From positions 18,476,001-18,540,000 of the forward strand of contig NC_091291.1 of NCBI RefSeq assembly GCF_032444005.1: a DNA stretch of 64,000 nt, given 5' to 3'. This document shows positions 60,701-64,000 of this stretch, in pieces. The position numbers and the translations under genes are program-made. The first letter of the stretch is position 1. Every line of letters begins with the position of its first letter. Source of the DNA: Ranitomeya imitator (Eukaryota). A model generated the notes under the pieces. The model saw only the letters and a list, made by a program, of their open reading frames with translations, had not been told where the DNA came from and searched no databases.

Positions 60701-61972
60701 AACGACGCCGACTATGTGGGACTCCGTGCCACATGTCGTTTCAATGTTCACACTGGCCACAGGGTAGTCCTTTGCATCACCATGTATGCACCGCACTCCG
60801 ACCTTCTTTCCCGGGAGCAGGTGGAGAGGAAAAGTGGCCCTCACCAGGGTCACTAGGCTCCCCGAGTCTAACAGTGCCGTTACTGCTTGACCGTTCACCT
60901 TCACGGGACATGCTTGAGGTCCCTCGTTGGGCGGAGAGTTCACACTGCAAGCTGGATACGCATAGTATGAACAACGGCGTCCCATGCTGCAGTCCATCTG
61001 CTCAGTGGTTTGGGAACAACGGGCAGCTATATGTCCTGGCTTGTGGCACCTCCAACAAATAATATCACCCGTGGGGACCTTGGGCACCACCTCCCCCGCC
61101 CTTTGTGACCTTGGACGCACCACCCCTTTTTGGGATTCAGCTGCCTTCTGGGATCCCCAGTACGGCATGGGCTGCCTCCCGAAGGAGCCTTCCAACCCTT
61201 GGTACCTCTCAACCAGTCCGATCAGCTCGTCGGCATTCTGGGGATCACCCTGGGCAACCCAAGACTGTATAGGCCTCGGGAGGGAATGGACAAACCGATC
61301 CATCATCACCCGTTCTACCATCTGTGCAGGCGCAGAGGACTCTGGCTGCAACCATTTCTGGACCAGGTGCAACAGATCAAACATTTGGGAACGAGGTGGT
61401 TTGTCCCGGTGATAGCCCCAGGAGTGAACTCGCTGTGCCCTGACAGTCAGTGTCACCCCCAAACGTGCGAGAATCTCGGCTTTCAATTTGTGATACTCTT
61501 TGGCATCCTGCAAGGTCAAATCATAGTACGCCTTCTGGGGTTCTCCCGTCAGGTATGGCGCAAGTACCTCTGCCCACTGCTCTGGCGGAAGTTTTTCCCT
61601 CTCAGCGACCCTCTCAAACACCGTCAGGAAGGCCTCAACATCATCCCCGGGAGTCATTTTCTGCAATGCGCGTCTTACTGTTTTCCGGACGTGGGTGTCA
61701 TCAGCCAAACCTGGGGTTGGGGCGCTCGCCTTGCCCTGGATGGCGGTTGCCAGAAGCTGCATCTGCTGCTGATGCTCCTGCTGGCTCTGCTGCATCTGCT
61801 GCCGTTGCTCCTGCTGGCTCTGCTGCATCTGCTGCTGGCTCTGTTGTAACTGCTGCCGTTGCTCCTGCTGGCTTTGTTGCATCTGCTGCCGTTGCTCCTG
61901 CTGGCTCTGTTGTATCTGCTGCATCAACAGCCTGTTGGTCTCTTGCTGCCTTTTCTCCTGCTGTGCCCGCAT
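57662..61972 (-). CDS. Gag-Pol polyprotein (1436 aa): Q-rich N-terminus, capsid/SCAN-like region, CCHC knuckle, protease, integrase, RT, RNase H
   Basis: CWRCHKPGHIAARC; ALLDSGS; integrase HHCC (AHSHILGGHLG...CRSCPTC), MDLVGP, TDQG, HPQSDGLVERFN and GPY; RT FCNDYRKLN, MPFGL and YLDD; RNase H TDAS, EKECLAI and NADALSR. Confidence 0.97.
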   Translation of the reverse strand: MRAQQEKRQQETNRLLMQQIQQSQQEQRQQMQQSQQEQRQQLQQSQQQMQQSQQEQRQQMQQSQQEHQQQMQLLATAIQGKASAPTPGLADDTHVRKTVRRALQKMTPGDDVEAFLTVFERVAEREKLPPEQWAEVLAPYLTGEPQKAYYDLTLQDAKEYHKLKAEILARLGVTLTVRAQRVHSWGYHRDKPPRSQMFDLLHLVQKWLQPESSAPAQMVERVMMDRFVHSLPRPIQSWVAQGDPQNADELIGLVERYQGLEGSFGRQPMPYWGSQKAAESQKGVVRPRSQRAGEVVPKVPTGDIICWRCHKPGHIAARCSQTTEQMDCSMGRRCSYYAYPACSVNSPPNEGPQACPVKVNGQAVTALLDSGSLVTLVRATFPLHLLPGKKVGVRCIHGDAKDYPVASVNIETTCGTESHIVGVVQDLLHPIIIGRDFCLFWDLWGKGSELPSKSREPVNPGRVVPHPESDRFPFCVLAGDEEEVSPASDILELEVSGENFGTAQHRDPTLREAFNNVTVIDGVVQEPGADTRFPHFLMSRELLYRVTKIREELVEQLVVPGPYRRKVLDMAHSHILGGHLGVEKTQERVVQRFYWPGCHREIVNYCRSCPTCQLTAPTPHFRNPLVPLPIIEVPFERIAMDLVGPLVKSARGHQYILVILDYATRYPEAIPLRNSSSKSIARELVHVFSRTGLPKEILTDQGTPFMSKVMRELCKALKISQLRTSVYHPQSDGLVERFNKTLKSMLRKAIEKDGRDWDCLLPYLMFSIREVPQASTGFSPFELLYGRHPRGLLDIAKETWEAEVTPHRSVIEHVALMQQRIAKVMPIVKEHLLQAQEAQARVYNRSARVRQFNPGDRVLVLVPTVESKFLAKWQGPYEVVEKLGEVNYKIHQPGRRKPFQVYHVNLIKPWQDREPTVTPSLLSNPEDEVGAVTIAETLSESQKQQCRELLQKNRDLFSELPGYTKVIEHEVLTEPHVRVNVKPYRIPEARREIVSKEVERMLKLGVIEESKSGWSSPIVLVPKPDGEWRFCNDYRKLNEVSKFDAYPMPRVDELIERLGPARYITTLDLTKGYWQIPMAQEAKEKTAFSTPDGCFQYVRMPFGLQGAPATFQRAMDRVLAPHKAYAAAYLDDIVIFSPDWESHLEKVQAVFDAIREAGFTINPKKCALGKEEAKYLGYIVGHGEIKPQISKVEAIQTWPKPVSKKQVKAFLGIVGYYRRFIPNFATMAAPLTDLLKGTKSVMVKWSEETDSAFQEMKEALCKQPVLMAPNFKKEFILQTDASDVGVGAVLSQELHGEEHPVLYLSRKLSSSEKNYSVVEKECLAIKWAVDTLQYYLLGRKFRLISDHAPLRWMRETKGRNARVTRWFLALQDFCFHVEHRAGKLHGNADALSRIPCLVGESAKPHGFRQRGEVCSVAKGCLIDGRYVSYRWLVAVM

Positions 61973-61981
61973 TCTCCACCA
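61964..61981 (-). other. Primer-binding site, tRNA-Ala-like
   Basis: TGGTGGAGAATGCGGGCA, 2 nt from the 5' LTR, is complementary to the 3' end of vertebrate tRNA-Ala (...TGCCCGCATTCTCCACCA; recalled sequence). Confidence 0.8.
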
Positions 61982-61983
61982 AT

Positions 61984-62385
61984 TGTAGGGATTTCACTCA
62001 CTCAGCTGCGACGGCTGACACTCAGGAGACGTGTTCCTTTAAAGTTCACTGGGTTTATTGCTTCATAAACCATGTGGCAAACAACAGAAAACAAATAGCC
62101 TTTGTTTCAGGTAAAGAAAAACAAGTGTCCAGTTCATCCGGCTCAGTCCTGAAGCCGTAACACACTCAGGAGGGTTTCACCTCCACACATACCTACCTGT
62201 GTTAAGCATTAGGCTTTCTTTTATATGTCTAACCACACCCAGAACCCATCACATGACCAGACATGTGGTTGTGACATCACCACAGGTCCTGAAACACATA
62301 TAGGTAGCCATGGTTACATCACAGCAACAAGCCATCTATAAGACACATATCTCCCATCGATTAGACATCCTTTAGCCACGCTACA
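61984..62385 (-). repeat. 5' LTR
   Basis: Direct repeat of 57332-57733. Confidence 0.97.
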
Positions 62386-62469
62386 ACGGCCATTTGACTA
62401 TTCCCTAAGGGAGATTTACTGCTGAGGCTTGCAAATAGTTAGGTTTCGAGTCCTCCAGAGGTAATACCT

Positions 62470-62582
62470 CTCTATTTTTTTGCCTTCCTCTGGATCAACA
62501 TGTTAGGGCATGTTAGGTTAGGCTTTGGGTTGAACTAGAAGGACTTAAAGTCTTCCTTCAACCTTAATAACTATGTAACTAT
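62470..62582 (+). mobile_element. CR1-type 3' UTR/tail remnant
   Basis: TTGCCTTCCTCTGGATCAAC...GGTTGAACTAGAAGGAC...AACTATGTAACTAT resembles the reverse complement of the CR1 tail at 18925-19010. Confidence 0.6.
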
Positions 62583-64000
62583 TAAGCTTTTATATACTAA
62601 TTATGATAATAAAAATAATATTGATGTTTGTATTTTAAAGAGAATCTTTCACCAGGTTTTTGCTACCTATTCTGAGAGCAGTATGATGTAGAGACAAAGA
62701 TCTTCATTCCTGCGATGTTTCACCTACTGGACTGCTTGATTCAGTTTTGATAAAATCCCTGTTTTCTCTGCTATAGATGTAGGAGTGATCTGACTGCTGA
62801 GCTCTGTATAACCCCACCCACACTAGTGATTGGCAGCTTTCTGTGTACAGTGTTAGTCAGCTGCCAATCAGTGGTGAGGGGTGGAGTTATACAGTTCAGC
62901 TTGACTGGCCTGCACATGACACTTAGTCCTGCAGTGATAATCTCCTGGTTATAAAGCACTAATTGCATTAAAATTACAGCAAGTTGCATATATATGGAAT
63001 CAGGATCTCCATATGGGTGACATGTAATGCTACATTTGTCCTGTAGTCGTCAATGCAGGGAAACCGTGTCGCTGCCTGTAACTTTCTTAGTGATAAGAGA
63101 AGATCATGAGAATTTCAGGGTTTGCTTCTTTTCTACCTACACCATGTGAATGTATTGGCCAAGGGTAAGTAAAAACACAATTACAAGTGTTTTTAGCTTA
63201 ACATTTTCGTGAATTACACAATAGTAGCAAAACTGCAATATGTTAATTAAATTAAAATTCGACTCATTTATGAAAATGTCTACATAAGGCATTTTAATAT
63301 GATCTAAATTAGAGTTGAGTGAATCTCTTGAATTTTGATTCAGGCAGATTGGGTCAATTTGTGTTGGGAGATTAAGGTTGCAATGAATAAACTTGGAGTA
63401 AATTAAATCTGATAAGAAGGGGTTAAAGAATTTTTGTTATGTAATCCGAGAGCATAATGATATAGGGACTGAGACTTTTGACTCCAGTGGCTGATCTTTA
63501 CTAGGTTGTGTGTTGCCGTTTCACTAAAATAAGTGTCTTATCAGCAGGAGATTATCCCTACAGGACAAGGTCTCTGGTGCCTCCTAGTCTTCCTGTTTTG
63601 TGTAACTCCACCCCCAACACTGATTGGCAGTTTTCTGTCAATGAACACAGAAAGCTGCCAATCAGTGATGGGGGCGGGGTTATACAGGGCTCAGCATTCT
63701 GAGCTCTGCTAGTTCTGCAGCAGAGAAAACATGGATTGTATAAAAATTACAGCATGCAGACCAGCAAGTGATATATTACTGGAATCGGAGTCTCAGTCCC
63801 TACATCATGCTGCTTTCAGATTAAAATCTAAGCCTCTCCAGTTGTTGAAAGCAGTAGTCAGGGCATGCTGGGATATGTAGTCTTAAAACAGCTGGAACAC
63901 CACCGGTTGCACACTGTTGCTATAATTCAGCCTTGTACAGTTGCTCTCGATTTTCTTCTGTTATAGAGTTTCTTATTGTCACACATTTATTTTATTTTTT

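Larger units (their letters stand above)
57332..62385 (-). mobile_element. Intact Ty3/gypsy LTR retrotransposon, Gmr1-like (PR-IN-RT-RH order)
   Basis: 402-bp TG...CA LTRs at 57332-57733 and 61984-62385 (one mismatch by manual comparison), 4-bp TSD ACGG, PBS at 61964-61981, PPT at 57734-57747, and a single ORF. Confidence 0.97.

Noticed and set aside
58355-62160. Plus-strand ORFs over the retrotransposon and the Ala-rich 61701-61997 ORF
   Set aside because: Antisense or alternative-frame shadows of gag-pol and its Q-repeat.

Overview
Eukaryotic, vertebrate genomic DNA. The repeat families and gene type point to an anuran amphibian (inference). There are 3 assembly gaps. The unique content is a minus-strand tandem cluster of three spliced two-domain Ly6/uPAR (three-finger) genes of the gamma-type PLA2-inhibitor / PINLYP / SPF superfamily, assembled by hand from splice sites; several exons are absent from the ORF track. 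Genes A (4666-12123) and B (25950-33217) are complete 5-exon paralogs with a signal peptide, 10+6 Cys, a Thr-rich stalk and a GPI-type tail. Gene C (48569-55572) has 10+8 Cys, no hydrophobic tail found, and no signal exon found in the window. The rest is repeats. These include an intact, very young Gmr1-like LTR retrotransposon (integrase before RT, 57332-62385), several Tc1 copies, two solo LTRs with TSDs, CR1, RTE and DIRS relics, hAT, Harbinger and piggyBac-like non-autonomous elements, Penelope-like ends with hammerhead-like motifs, and a 3-kb 30-bp minisatellite. Most long ORFs in the track are repeat artefacts.
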